Part shown: positions 42,129 through 56,244 of the stretch, piece by piece
Position numbering within the stretch: the first letter of the stretch is position 1
Layout: each line of letters begins with the position of its first letter
Source: Tubiluchus corallicola
Taxonomy: Eukaryota; Animalia; Priapulida
Length of the DNA: 59,697 bases
Assembly: GCA_030141605.1 (NCBI GenBank)
Contig: JAQGDQ010001142.1
Span: 1-59,697 of the forward strand
Direction of reading: 5' to 3'
The notes under the pieces: model-generated
The model's database searches: none
Told to the model about the DNA's origin: nothing
Seen by the model: only the letters and a program-made list of their open reading frames with translations
Position numbers and translations under genes: made by a program

Positions 42129-43349
42129 ATGGCTGCTGTAGAACCACAAACTCCTTCTGAAGTTGTGGACAATATGGAGAACTGGAGCCAGAGGTACCAA
42201 CACATGTACAAAAATGAAGACTACAATGATCTGTGTGACGTCACTTTCTCTGTAGGAGATGCTCTCATTAGAGCTTCCAAACACATACTTGCCACCAGAA
42301 GTGACGTATTTAAGAAAATGTTTTATGGGCCATTACGTGAAAATACTGATGAAACCGTACATATCAGTGATGTGGAGGCTGAAGTTTTCCATCTGCTGCT
42401 TGAATACATTTATACAGATACTGCTGTTCTAACAGGAGAAACTGTTCTACCTGCTTTATATGTTGCAAGAAAGTACAGAATTCGGGGACTAGAAACACTT
42501 GCTGAATCATTTTTAAAGTCCAACATCATGCCAGACAATGTTTTCACTATAATGTGTGCTGCTTCTCTCTATGAAAAAGCAGACATAAAGATGCAGTGCT
42601 TACAAGTAATTGATTCATCTACAGAGGCAGTCATAAAATCTGCAAGTTTTCAGAAGTTGAGCTACGATGAAGTTCTTTTGGTCGTCAAGCGAGATGAACT
42701 GAATGTCAGGGAAGAGATTTTATTTAATGAATTGTTGAAATGGGCTGATGCAGAATGTAAACGAAAACATTTAGAACCTTCTGCTGACAATAAAAGAGAA
42801 GTTTTAAATGAGATTCTCTTTCAAATAAGATTCCCAACAATGGATTCAGAGGTGTTTGCTATAGGACCAGCAAAATCCGAGATTTTGGTTGGCAAAGAAA
42901 TAGCTGCCATTACGCTGCACAAGTTAGATCAAAGAAAACCAGTTATGTTTCCAACAGAATGCAGAAGCAAGTCAATGGTTAAACAGGAGGAAAATAGTGA
43001 AGCTGGAACTTATGTAGAATTTCTCATAGATGCCAAAGAAATTGCAACTAAATCTGTTTTGAGAAGTTTTCAGGCTAAAAATAATCCAGGCTATGAAGTG
43101 CAGTGTTCTTGTCATCTCAGTCGGTACATCACTATGGGAATTCGTTCCAGATCGGGTTTGACGAGGAAGAACAGCTGGATAAAAATAGTAAACAGAGTTC
43201 CACAGAAATCTTTGCAAATGACGCTGAGTGCAGATTGTGAAGGTTGGTGGCGTAATGCCATCTCAGTGAGACTTAATCATCTTGTCGATCCAATGTTTGG
43301 TTTCCACATCTACAAGGACATAATCTTCGTCTGTGCTTTCTTCACATAG
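42129..43349 (+). CDS. BTB/POZ-BACK protein (BTBD2/3/6-like N-terminal part) with a MATH-like C-terminus, 406 aa, intronless CDS
   Basis: DVTFSVG..IRASKHILATRSDVFKKMFYG...HISDVEAEVFHLLLEYIYTD...LYVARKY; BACK: EEILFNELLKWADAECKR...LFQIRFPTM; good Kozak accATGG. Confidence 0.92.
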   Translation: MAAVEPQTPSEVVDNMENWSQRYQHMYKNEDYNDLCDVTFSVGDALIRASKHILATRSDVFKKMFYGPLRENTDETVHISDVEAEVFHLLLEYIYTDTAVLTGETVLPALYVARKYRIRGLETLAESFLKSNIMPDNVFTIMCAASLYEKADIKMQCLQVIDSSTEAVIKSASFQKLSYDEVLLVVKRDELNVREEILFNELLKWADAECKRKHLEPSADNKREVLNEILFQIRFPTMDSEVFAIGPAKSEILVGKEIAAITLHKLDQRKPVMFPTECRSKSMVKQEENSEAGTYVEFLIDAKEIATKSVLRSFQAKNNPGYEVQCSCHLSRYITMGIRSRSGLTRKNSWIKIVNRVPQKSLQMTLSADCEGWWRNAISVRLNHLVDPMFGFHIYKDIIFVCAFFT

Positions 43350-43833
43350 CCCTTCCATAAACTGTTGGCATATCCTGATCCTGTTGTGAATAATTTGGTT
43401 TTTGCACAACTAAAATTTTCAACTAAAATGTGGTTAAGAACGTATAAATTATAAATTTTGAAAATGTTTTGTTTCATGAAGAGCTTGTTTCAGCTTAAAT
43501 GTCTAAAACTGTCTGACAACTCAGACAATATGATGTTGTTCTGGACCAGAAAACTTTATAATGTAACCCTTTATCGGGTTATTCATTGATTTCTAAGATA
43601 CCGAGATTTCTCACAATTTAAAATGTTAATGAATCTAACTTTCTAATACATTATAGGTTGTGTTTGCTTCTCCTATGTAGCATCAAACAATTGCAGTTGT
43701 TGTTGTTGTTGTTCTTGTTTGCCAATTTGCTGAAGAGACAAAAACTTTTTTTGGCATGAAACTGATAAAAGGTTTTTGGCAACAGACGTAATACATGTTA
43801 TTGGACACCGCAATGTGTATCTTTTAAAAAAAG

Positions 43834-43990
43834 TTGGAAAAGGTTCAACGAAGATGTCTATGTTTTGCTAGCGATCTGGATCTTAACAATAAATCTACCT
43901 TAGAGGAGAGACATAACACAATTGATCTTGTCAAAGTGTTTAAAATATTGGATGAGAACAAAGTTTTGAATCCAAATGATTTCTTTGAAC
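43834..43990 (+). mobile_element. CR1/L2-type LINE fragment
   Basis: LEKVQRRCL...TLEERHNTIDLVKVFKIL. Confidence 0.7.
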
Positions 43991-44219
43991 ATCCTCATAC
44001 TTTGAACATACAGAGAAACTCTGTATTTTTCTGTACTTTTACCCATATTTTTATGGATTATTGCTACACATTCAGTGCAAACGGTACGTTGGAAGCTCCT
44101 TCGGTGATGCAAGATGTATGTGACCGCGGAAACCGAGGTGTTCGTAGGCCGAGTTTGCTAAAAATTGAGGTTATAAATCGATGAATTTCACTTTGATCAT
44201 ATGGTCCCTTTTATGCGAG

Positions 44220-44398
44220 GTAATTTACCTGGGTTTCTATTACGTGGGACCTGAATATATCGTCCCTTATAACCGAAAGTCCCTTATAAGCAAGTACCTT
44301 ATATACGAAGAATTTTACATAGGAAAAACTTTACGCAAAATCGGACCGGTGTTGGTTGTCCCTTATAAACGAGTACCTTATACCCGAGGTCGACTGTA
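44220..44398. mobile_element. Tigger/pogo-like MITE end
   Basis: Repeated ccttata(a/t)(c/a)cga subterminal motifs ending cgaggtcgactg-TA. Confidence 0.55.
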
Positions 44399-45129
44399 TT
44401 CAGCATTCAACGGCAAGGCTTGTAGGAGGTCGTGGCTGGACTGGAATCTATCTTATTATCAAGGACAACATTTTAGGGCAAGACGCTTGCCAGATCCACC
44501 ACCAAATGTGCATAAATCTTGCCATAGCTAGATAAATATCAGTAGCTAATTTGACGAATTTCTGATGCTGAGATTCAGATTTAATAACACATATCGTTCG
44601 TGAGACAATGAGCATTTGACTGTCATGAATGACTAGCATGTATTCAATCAGCACATCAAAAAAGTGAAAAAATGCATTTTCTATTTTCACAAAATATGCC
44701 TGTGTTAAATGAACTTTGTTTCATTTCCTGATGCACGGCTGTATATCAAAATTTCTGCACACGGGTTTCAAAAACATAAGAAATTGAAGTCTTATGCAGC
44801 ACTACTCATTAAATGAACTTTGTGTAGAGAATATTGTGTGTAAGTAGTCCATACGAGTAGTTAAATTCAGTAATTATGTATCTTTTTTGGATAATATTAC
44901 AAAATATCGCTCATCAAGGTCAAATGGTCGTCTGTTTCACCAATTGAAAGATAACAAAGTCCAACTCATCTTTGAAATCATTGAAAATATTAGGACAAAG
45001 TTTCTATTTACTTAACGAAGTTTATTGTAACGTAATGTCCTATTACTTTACATAAATATTAATATTTACAAAATGATATGCAATAAATGTGTAAAGAAAA
45101 TAATTTCATTTAGTGAAAATGTTCAACCG

Positions 45130-45258
45130 TCATGTCTTCCGGTCCAAAACGACGTTCCCATCACGATCCTTAATGCGAAGCCGTCCAGAAGCGTACCTGG
45201 TTTCTGTCCGCCCGTCTTCAAATACGGTTTTTACAGTCCCGTCTGGATACTCTCGTTT
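45130..45258 (-). CDS. CENPJ: CENPJ last exon
   Basis: [42 protein letters not shown]. Confidence 0.95.
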   Translation of the reverse strand, partial: KREYPDGTVKTVFEDGRTETRYASGRLRIKDRDGNVVLDRKT

Positions 45259-48053
45259 CTGAAGCAGAAAGCAAAACACCTCTGTCCCAAGATGCACTAG
45301 CAGAATAACAATAACATCTTTGAACAACAGCTCTCCAGTAAACTGAATTGGTATTGTATAGCCATCTCAATGCACACATAATTAGGGGTGTTTCTATTCA
45401 AAGTAACTAGAAATGTACTATTTAGAAATAGAACTTTATACCACGTTAGGTGCAGTCATAAAAGGATATTTTCATTAAAAATCTTCCTAAGTTGCAAATG
45501 GCTTCAACTGCCCCGATGGCTTCTAATAAAAATATCTTTTTGCACTCAAACCTCCGCCTACTATGAGACTGAAAAAAGGTTTGCATTAAACAAGTTCGGT
45601 ACTATATTGAGTTGCATTAATATATACATGTCTATGCAAATACAGACATCTTATTTTGCCTAAAATTTGGGCGTTAGGCAAGGTCGGCATTATAAAGGGG
45701 GCGCTATAACGCGTGTGTCTGTGTGTGTGTCTGCAACCAGCTTGGTTCTATTTCTCATTGTGAAAGTTGTTGTGGTTTTCCATAATATCTATACTGGAGA
45801 TGTAATAACACATTGAAATATCAGTTTATTGGTTATATCGGCCTGCAATAATATTAATAAGGAATACATTGTTGATAGTTATTAAATTCAAATTTTAAAG
45901 TGGATTATTGGTACAAATAAATCAATCGAGAGCGGGAAGTGAAAACATGCATCGCTCAACTTACCTTGTACAGTTTTGTGTGAATCTCTCTCTGCCCGTT
46001 CGGAAAATCAATAGTTTTATCACCATTCAAACGGACCTGCAAAATTATGAGAGGTTCATCAAAATTACGGGAGCTTCGTGTTCTGTTTGTGTGTTTAGCA
46101 CTTTGCTCAACATTACCAATGCTGAGAGTTAGGATGTCACGTGGAAAAGTGACGAAGAAATAAAGTAGCCATACTACTGTCTGTGTTGTTACAAAAAACG
46201 TCATTGGAACATCTGTCAACTTGCCAACTGTGTGTTCTCACCAAGCAAAATGATATAGATGAAAATACTTGACACACATGTTCTTGAGTTATTCCCTGCA
46301 TAATACAATATAAATAGTATTAATAATGAGTTTCCAGGGACGTTCAAATTTTGTTTTATCTCTTCAACAATCCAGGCTTATACACTGTCGATCCTTGAAA
46401 AAAGGCTGAAAGCTCATTGAATTTTTCATTACATGATACAGGTCCATCGGAGGAAAAACAAGGAGGCAACTTCATCTAGCGGGGAAAAAACACACTTTTC
46501 AAATTATATTCCTTCATTTACTCTATGACAAGCTCTGTTATGTAGAAGTGAGGTGATGGACAGGTGTCTGTGTCTCCCCAAGAACAGGTAAATCCGAAAT
46601 GGCTTCAGTCTAATAATTCATCATTAGACAAACAAGCAATTAAAGAGATTGCACTTACCTTAATCACGGTACCATCAGGGTAATAACTTTCTTCCTCGCC
46701 GCTAGGTAGCACAAACTTCACAGTCTGGTCTGGAAAGGTTATCTCTTTCGTGTTGTCTGGATAATGCTTCTCTATCTGGTTGCTATAGTAACAGAAGAGG
46801 ATGTGTAAAATTCATACGTGTGGATCAAACAGGTAAAAGCAAAGAAAATCAAACGCACATGTGCATAAAGCTATAAAATACATTATGACTTTACTTTGGA
46901 AACTGTAGCATCTCCATCCCATCAGGATACGTTGTCTGGGTTACATGAGCATCAGCGTACGTATACACCTGAAAAGAAAGCATTAGAATTATTGAACTGC
47001 ATAAATTTTTATTGATACCGTTAATAAGAAGACAAATCAACTTTTAGCGATTGGAAAATGATTGAAAAATTATTTATAGACTTAATATAGCCAATTATAG
47101 GGATGAACTTTGGACTGCCGTGATTGCTGGGTATTCGGGAAACACTGTAGTTTGGCGGTTATGGAGGCTGGCTTGTAACTAGAAGGTCCCCGGTTCAAAT
47201 CCAATCTGTGTCTAATTTCTTCACGTTCAAGTTTGGTTTAAAAAATTGTGGGTTTCTGCCTTCTTGACAGAAAGAACTTCAATCAGGTGCCTTTCAAATT
47301 TTAGAGTAACTTTCTTTAGCATCGTTCAGAATTCGTATTTACAGTAAGCCTTTTCCCAGTTTCGCTGTGTGCAGCTGCTGTAGGTCAAAGGTTAAGTTTA
47401 CCAGAGCAGCTCATCTTGACTACAACCCCACGTGACATGTCTGTGTATAGAGTGATTTACTAGCAGGATCTTGATAAGGAACAAGAGAAAATGAACTAGG
47501 TAAGGTTCTAGGTAACTGTTAAAACTGTTACTATTACAACAGCATTTTCTGGGAGGTGTTGTCGATTGTACACAAATGCATTGTCTGGTACGCTCAAAAC
47601 TTTTGATCTTTTCACAATTATCATCAATTGCTAGAACTGTGAAAAGGCTTACTGCATTAAAAGGTGTGATATAAAAACTAACAGTTAGCAGCAAACAGTA
47701 ACAATGCAAGTTGAATTTTCTAAGAAGAAACTGACATACTGAGGTTGATTCTACAATTTGATGAACAAGGCCTGACAAACATAATATTCAGACTCTGGTT
47801 TTTTCTTACAGGTGTGAAAATAGCACAACCCTGATTGAGATGCATTGTCTATATAAAGTATATACTGGAGAAGCAGAGTTTCATGATTTCAGAGCTCATT
47901 TTAAATCCGATTCGCAATTAAATACACAAAATACTTGCAGAATTGACAATACGAGGTGTTCAATGAAAGACATGAACCAGTATCAGCACAGACTGATCTG
48001 GGGACAAAGTGAAAGCCATAGATTTAAGTAAAACATGTGCAGAAAGAGAGAGA

Positions 48054-48115
<62 letters not shown>

Positions 48116-51100
48116 GACTCAAGCAAATTGTGATGCAACAATGACCGTCCTATTGTACAATACAATGTCTATGGTCTGTCCTATTGCAAACAATATGCAC
48201 CATGTGTGTTGCAAACTGCATTCAATTTTTAGGCAAAAACGGCCCTTGACTGACACGCTTTTGACATATTGCCTAACGATATGCAGGCTAGCGATCTTTC
48301 TCTGCGCACGCACGACAGTTAACTCTATGCATGCAAGCACACTATGCACTTGCTAGTCCATTCAATGCACCAGTGTTGCTGCTTATACAATGATTATCGG
48401 AACATAGAGTAAGTTGAGCCTTCATACTGCATAAAAAAAGATTAATTGATGAATGATAATTATAAGATAACTCAAAAGAGTGCTGGTCGCCAGAGGTGTA
48501 ACAATATGGAGGCGACAATCGCCACTGGGCACAAGGGAGAGAGGATTTTCTAGAGTTCAATAACTGTTAATTATCAATTACTAATCTGATGTTAACAAAA
48601 CAAATGACAAAATTTCTTAGTCAGAGATCATCGTAGCTGACTTAATTACTACACACAGCCTAGAAAAAATGCTAATATTGTTACTTAACGGTGTGTGTAG
48701 TGTGTTATGTGGTTCAGCTGATCGATCATTTTGGGAGAAACAGTGGCGATTCTCTAAATGCCGAATGTATTATTGTGAAAATCTGTAGAGTTCTGTATCT
48801 TTCATAATCTTTACATGTTTTAATGCTGGAGCTGAATCTTTAAAGTCTGTTGTGTTACGAGCAACTAATGAATAGAAGAGTTAATCTGGTGGAGTCAAAC
48901 TCAGGGTGATTCTTAGAAAAAATCGTTTATCTTTATCCCATCTTGTCGAAAAAGAAAGTCGGGCTCAGGAATGCAAAAAACTTGCACAATTTGTGGCTTC
49001 ACCAATAAAACAAAAGATTAAAACATTAGAAGGGTAGGGCGACAGACGTTGTTTTGCCTAGGGCGCCAGAAGCACTTGATATGCCACTGCTGGTTGCAGT
49101 TTCTTGAAAACAACAGCAATTTCTAAAAACTAGCGATGTTTCACTGTGTTATCATAAATTTAATTTTACACTTGTGAATGCCATTTCTGCTTACATTTTG
49201 TTATAGTTACTTAGAAGTGCGTAATTGTACAATAATCTGCTGCATATATAATAATTTTAGATGTTGGGCAATTTCGCAAAAAATACGATAATTTGGCGGA
49301 AAACAACATAATTTTTAGCCTCCAACATTGTACAAAACTGCAACCCTGCAAAGCGTACAATTCCTATGCCAGATAAAATAATTTTTAGGTGACAACATTG
49401 TACAAAATGGCAACCCTGCAACGCGTACAATTGCTATGCCAGATAAAATCCTTTTTAGCCTCCAACAATGTACAAAATGGCAACCTTGCAACACAAACAT
49501 TTGCTATGCCAGATAAGATAATTTTTAGCCTCCGACAATGTACAAAATGGCAACCTTGCAACACAAACATTTGCTATGCCAGATAAGATAATTTTTAGCC
49601 TCCGACAATGTACAAAATGGCAACCCTGCAATGCGTACAATTCCTATGCCAGTAAAGAAGTCCTTACAGTGCTATTTCAGAGCATGTATACGAGTAAGTA
49701 AACTCATTTTAAGAACAAGTACAAAGCACTCACGACTCGTTGGTCAGGCATAATTTGTTTGATGTCACCATTAAAGAAAGATATGATCGTGTGACGTCCG
49801 TCTGCGCTGATCTGTTTCTGAGTTCCATTGGGAAACGTGATTTCACGGCACCCATTTTCAAACACTTTTTCTATCTAAAATCAAAGAAGAAATTAGTACT
49901 AGAAATCAGCAGTTTCTCTACAGTTACACAACCACAATTACACCCGCTTCTCTCCAAAACCTGGCAATTAAATGGATGGATGACCTGTAGGGTTGGTTTA
50001 AACATAATTTATTGAAGATGTAACATATGGCTAGGTTTGAAACAGACAGCGTTACAAATGATATATGTTCTCCCCTAGAGGGAGTGAAACGCTAGACAGA
50101 TACAGAACAATGACCACAATGTACAAAAAATGTTGCAATAAATATGAACATTACTAAGTAACAAGAGTAACAAAGTTTAAAGCGCTTTGTAACGGCACTA
50201 GCCATCCGTTCAGATTGAGGTTGGTTGTTACGCCTTCAATGGATGAAAATAATTTTAACGCATAACACACAGTGAATCAAATTACACAAATATCTTTATC
50301 CATTACAGTTACTACAAGAGTTCACCGCATTACTAACTTATCACTGTCTTGTTAACGTAATTTACCGTATTATTAACCTATTCCACGGTAAAAGCAGGCG
50401 ACTTGACCCACCTCCGACCATCTGCTCTGAACAACGCAAGCCGAGAACAATGCCAGGGAAAATACGCAGCCTGCTGCCCATGCGCGCACGATCCGAAAAG
50501 GAAGGTGGCAGCACCTTCCAACGAGAGTTAGCAAAGTAAGGCAATGATGCATGAACAGCAGTTACACACTTAGTGTCTGAAATAAAAGACTGCACTAAAA
50601 CAAATTTGAGTGTTCACAACATTATCTAGGGTATGGTTCCGTTCAGGAACAAACGTACAAGTTCACTTGTTGCAAGACTGTAAACATTGATGTTTAAAGC
50701 TGACAAAAGAGTGCAGAGATTTCTAAATAAGTCGTGTCTGGCCTGGTGGTAAAGAGGGCAGACCTGCAGTGTTCAACTCTCATTCTTGGTGTTTTCATTC
50801 ACCATACTGATTGTGATTAGTTCTTCTATCACATCAAGAAGCTAAGATGCCTCTGCTAGTTCAGTGGCTTATCTTACAGGATTAGTGTTGGTGATGAGGT
50901 AGGTTTCTGTCCTGTCATACATATTAAGCTGGCTCTGATGTAGAGTTGAGGACTTCACCTAATCAGTCAAATATTAACCCTTGCCTATGCTTAACAAATT
51001 CATTCAACTGGTTTCTGAGCTCTCGACATTACTGCATTAAAAATAAATAAATAAAATAAAAAGAATAAACAAACATAAATTCACTAAAGTAAAAGATGAT

Positions 51101-54100
51101 CTAAAGACAAACAAAAACAGCTTTTAAATGATATGGACCTTGCTGTAATACAAACTCAAGTCCAACTTGATGAATACCAACTTTGAAACGTCCAAGTGCT
51201 ACTGCTATCCATTGAATAAATTGTTGTCAATCCTGTTTTGAATAGTGCAGTTTTTATCTTTATCTATTACACTCTGCATTCAACATCAGCACACTTAGAA
51301 TAAACCTTTTCACAGTTTTGCTATGAGCACGCGCAGTTGCTGTAGATCAAAGGTTAAGTGTGCCACAGCAACACGTCTTAACTACAGTCGTCACGTGACA
51401 TGTGGAGAAAGCAGAGCCGTCTGCCACATCAGTTTAGTTACTTTAGTTGTTTTACGTGAACTGTTATGTAACTATGCGTAGAGTCATTTACCAGCAAGCT
51501 CTTGCTCAGAAACAAGAAAAAATGAACTAGGTAAGGTTCTAGAAGGTTGTTAAAGCTGTTACTACTGCAATAGCATAGGCTGCAAGGTGTTGTCAAATGT
51601 ACACAAATGCATTGTCTGGTCCACCTAACCTTTGGCCTTTTTATGATCATCATCAATCACTAGAACTGTGAAAAGGCTTATTAATACCAAATTACTAATT
51701 TGCCAGCATTCTTTACCTGTCCATTTGCAAGCTTTCTAATCTCATAGCCGATACTTAGATCATCAGTTAAAGATTTAGCGGCAGGACTGAGATTGAAGCG
51801 AACAGTCTTGCTCGGCAGTTCGGTATCACACCTTTTGTCAACAACATCTTGAATGTTATCGCATATGCTGGGCTCTATTAAACTGCCCTCTCTAGGAATA
51901 TCTTCGGGGAGACCATTGCTGTTAACGTTTGAGTTTGGAGGAACATTGCCGCCATTTGCAAAAGGTTCTTTAGATGATGATGCAAAATTGTCCTGCACAT
52001 TTGCTTCAGTTTGTAAGTCGTGGCTTAAATGTGCAAAGCCATTGTCACTGTTTTTAGAATTACTGCTATCAGCTGTTGTTGTTTGCTTGGAAGAAACTGG
52101 AGATGTTGCAGTCGTCATCAAAGTAGCAGCACCGGTGACAACTGTGGCAGGAGTATTAACTAACACAACGTCTCCTAATTCTGGCAGAGCTGGATTCAGT
52201 CGCTGCTGTATCCGTCGCCGTGTCTGTTTTTGCAACGTTTCGTGCAACTTTTCGTTCTCCGTTTTTGCAAGTTCACACCGAGTTTTCAGATCGTCGTTCT
52301 CGTGCTCTAGCATTTCTACGCGCACGCGCAGTCGTTGGACGTTTGCACTGTGACGGGAGTCCCGTTTCTGCAACTCTTCCTGCAGTTGAGAAATCTGAAA
52401 AAGTAAAAACGAGCATTTGTAATCAGAGATGAGCGAATAGCGGATCTGCTGTAATTCGGTTGTGGAATGCGCACTAATTCTGCGGTTTTGTGAAATGGGG
52501 ATAGTGAATTGTGTGCAGATATGTGGAACTTCAATGCCTAAATTTGTTGATTTTATGCGCAAAAATTCAGCATGCCAGAACCACATAATATTATGTAAAG
52601 TAAAATTTTTAATTGTTTGCAAAAAAAGTTTACCAAACTTCAGTACACCTTTTTGTTATGTCACGATAATTATAGTTTGTGGTGTGATGTGACGGGCACG
52701 ATGTGATGGAAGTTGTTGCTGGGAGTTTACATGTTAAATTCATTTGAGGAGTCAAGCTAGTAATTTATTATTGAATAGTGACTATAACTCATAGCTTCAT
52801 GCAAAAAGTTTTTAACAATAAGGCACACATAGCAAGTCTTTACCTACATTTTTTGCGGATCGTGGAAGTTCAGATTTCACACAAAATCGAATACGTACAG
52901 ATATAAAGGTGATTGACTGAGCGAGTCATTAATTCGCAAAAGATTAATTTAAAATTTTGTTTTAATTCATTAACCTTTAGCGTGAAAACTGAGGACTCTA
53001 ACTTGTTGTAAACAGTGTCTGATTGTTTTGTGATTCGTCTACGGCAAAATTTAATACACGTCGCTATAACATCGACTTCTTTTTTGATATCAAAGTGTGC
53101 GATATAAAGACATTTGCCTGTATTTGTATCTGGTGCATTCTACTTGCTCGTTTCTTCTGAAATTAATGGATCCCATAAGAAAGGCTTCTTGGGAAGTTTT
53201 CACAAAAATTTATAATACGCATTTTTAGACAAATCCATTTATATATTAGAATGAAAGAAATTACAACAATGTAACAATGTATAGGACATATCCATTCAGC
53301 GGGTGTTGTCAATTTAATGGGAATATTTGACGGTCGTATTGGTCAAGTAAAAAAATTGGGTACTATTACGGACTGCGCAGTAATTCATGCAAAGTTTCAG
53401 CCTCATGATGAAAACTGTGGCTGGCCTGTAACAACTGTAAACGTAAATGAGGCAGCAACAACCTGACCAAAAACTAGGCATACTGCACTTCATGCCCACT
53501 CCAAAAGCAATAGCAGTAGCAATAGAATGTGAAGGTTTATCAGCAGAGATGGGATCTGCTAGACATATTTAATTCATCAAAGCTACATGTGTTTGAAGCC
53601 ATCAAGTTTTCGCCCAATTTCGAGGACTTACCTGCCTTGCGTCATGACGTCATCATCATATGCCCCGCCTACCTGCCCCTTATATTGATATTGATGTCAC
53701 ACAAACGCAGCTTTTCGTAAATTTTGTTCTTCCTCCTCACAAGACAGGCAACAACATCTTGGATGCTGTGCCCTTGTAGCGTCGTCTGCTGCTGGCACAC
53801 ACATGTGTGAAAAAAGCGTGAAGTCAGATAACTATATCAAATAACCTATCTCCTTTGCATCATAATGGTGTTATAACATCTCCCACCACCTACCTACTCT
53901 AAACTTGATATCATTATATGTGCATGGCCCCTATACAAAAAAGTATCACTTCCATGGCTGGATTTATGGCAACACATTTAAATTTGGCACATGTAAATTT
54001 GTGCAAAGCATCTGCAGCTTAATCCTCCCGAGTGACTATCTCTACCTTCTCACGTAACTGCTGCATTTCTTCACGTTCGCGCTTGTCCGGCAATGCTCGT

Positions 54101-56174
54101 ACGGTTTTCTGGTACTCGTCAAACAGTCTCCTCTCTCGTCGCAACTTCTTCGTCTCTTCGTCCCGCATCTTTTCAATCCGCATCATCTCCGTTTTCATGT
54201 GCTCGTCAAATGTGGCTGCATCGCTCCTCAGCTTTTGTACTTCCTGAGGAAAGAAAGCGAAGTCACATAAGCTGAGTAAGTTATGTAAAGTCATAGCTGT
54301 TTCGTATGGTAAGCACAGCATACACGAATGTCAACTTTTTAATACTCTTTAGTAGCTAAAAACAAAATGCAAAGTATTATCCAGCAGCTAATTCAATAGA
54401 AAAATGTCAAGTACTATGTATGAGAGTAGAAGTGAGCATCGATTAGAGAGTTTGAATCGAATTTGAACCCTCGAATACGATTTGAGGGAGTTTTTTAGTT
54501 CGAATTTTATTTGAGGGAGTTTTTTAGTTCAGATTCGATTTGAAGGAGTTTTTTTAGTTCAGATTCGATTTGAAGGAGTTTATTTTAGTTCGAATTAGAT
54601 TTGAGGGAGTTTTTTAGTTCGAATTTGATTTGAGGGAGTTTTTTTAGTTCAGATTCGATTTGAAGGAGTTTTTTTTAGTTCGAGTTTGATTTGAAAGAAT
54701 TTTTTTAGCTACGATTTGTTCACGATAAACAATTTTTTTGTTTTTCTGCAGATCAAAATCAAGCAACATACATGATCTTTGTGAGACTGCTTTTTACTAA
54801 TGATTCGAAATTTTTATTCAAAAAGTCTAAAGCTGGATTCGAATTCGAATCGGATTCAAAAATCTCAAAATTTGGTTTGATTCGAACTCGAAAATCCATT
54901 CGAATTTGTTTTCTGGCACAGAATGCCCACTGCTAAACAGAGCAAACTTTCTCAGCTTTCACACAGGTATGCATATGTGATTCTGAAATTGTTACGCCAT
55001 TTACTGGTATGATGAAATTTACAAAAACGAGGATACAAAATTATAAATATTGAAAAATCGGAAAATGAACAATGATCAATTCTAAAAGAAGTTGGAAACA
55101 CAGCAAAAGAGAAATATTAAAGGAGTGCATAGTTGAGAGAAAACTTGCTTAAAATGCGTAATTGCCTAACCTAAGTCCCTACTTGATGAAGTAAGTTAAT
55201 TCCTTTAGGACCGTGAACATTTGCTACATTTTGCATGGGTTCATGAAAAACTGCGCTCACTAAGCAGGGATTACGTTATATTTGATAACTTTTGTAGGTC
55301 TCTATCATCACATGATGGATTTTTATGCAAAATTTTATAAAATAAGCATTTGCTTACCTCAGGCAAATTAAAAATCAATTTTTGACAAAAAAAAATTAAA
55401 AAAGCTTTGCGTATCTGTAGAGTTTGCACTGTAACAATCTACAGTATCACTCGTGTGAAATCGGCTAAAATTTCAGCTATCTAGACATAACACTCTGATA
55501 CACTTTGGCCTCAAGTCTACTGTATTTTTAAGAAGAAATTTCTGTTGAAAGATGAAATGACCTTAGTTTGACCTTGGAGATCAATTCATTTTCAAGGAAT
55601 TGCAGCAGAACACTGCACAGCTTGGGCTGTAGCAAGCAGGCTATCAATAAACTAGTGTGTACGATCAAGCAAGTGTACACCAGACTAATCTACTTAATAG
55701 GCTAAGTTGGACTGCCTGAAATAATTTTCTTAATTTTATCCATTTAAATCACTGGTAAATGTTTAAACAAATAGCATGATTGGATAGACGAGAGTAACAT
55801 GATAGCAAGAGTAACATGACAGCTCTAAACACTAGGCGAACATGTATTCCTACCTGTTCCCGTTCTTTCCGGAGTACCTCTAAATCCATGTTCTGTTTCT
55901 GGAAGCAACGTATCTCGTTCTCCAGCTCCTCTAACTTTTCTTGCAGCAGCTGCGAATGAACAACAGGTTGCCGAGGAACGGATGCAGTTTCTTTATCATC
56001 TTTGTGTATGGCAGGTGTCTTCGTGTCAGACTTTACATGTTGCCGATTACTCCCTTTCTTTGCTTGTGGAAACAGTCGGCTGACAAGAGCTGAGATGGGT
56101 GGACTGTCTGTCATGTTGTTTGAACCTGCAACAGAACAGCTTAAGTGTATATGTGTGTGCGTGGGCGTGCGCTT

Positions 56175-56244
<70 letters not shown>

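Noticed and set aside
51853-52353. 166-aa plus-strand ORF (and 16720-17112)
   Set aside because: Antisense shadows of CENPJ and NCLX exons
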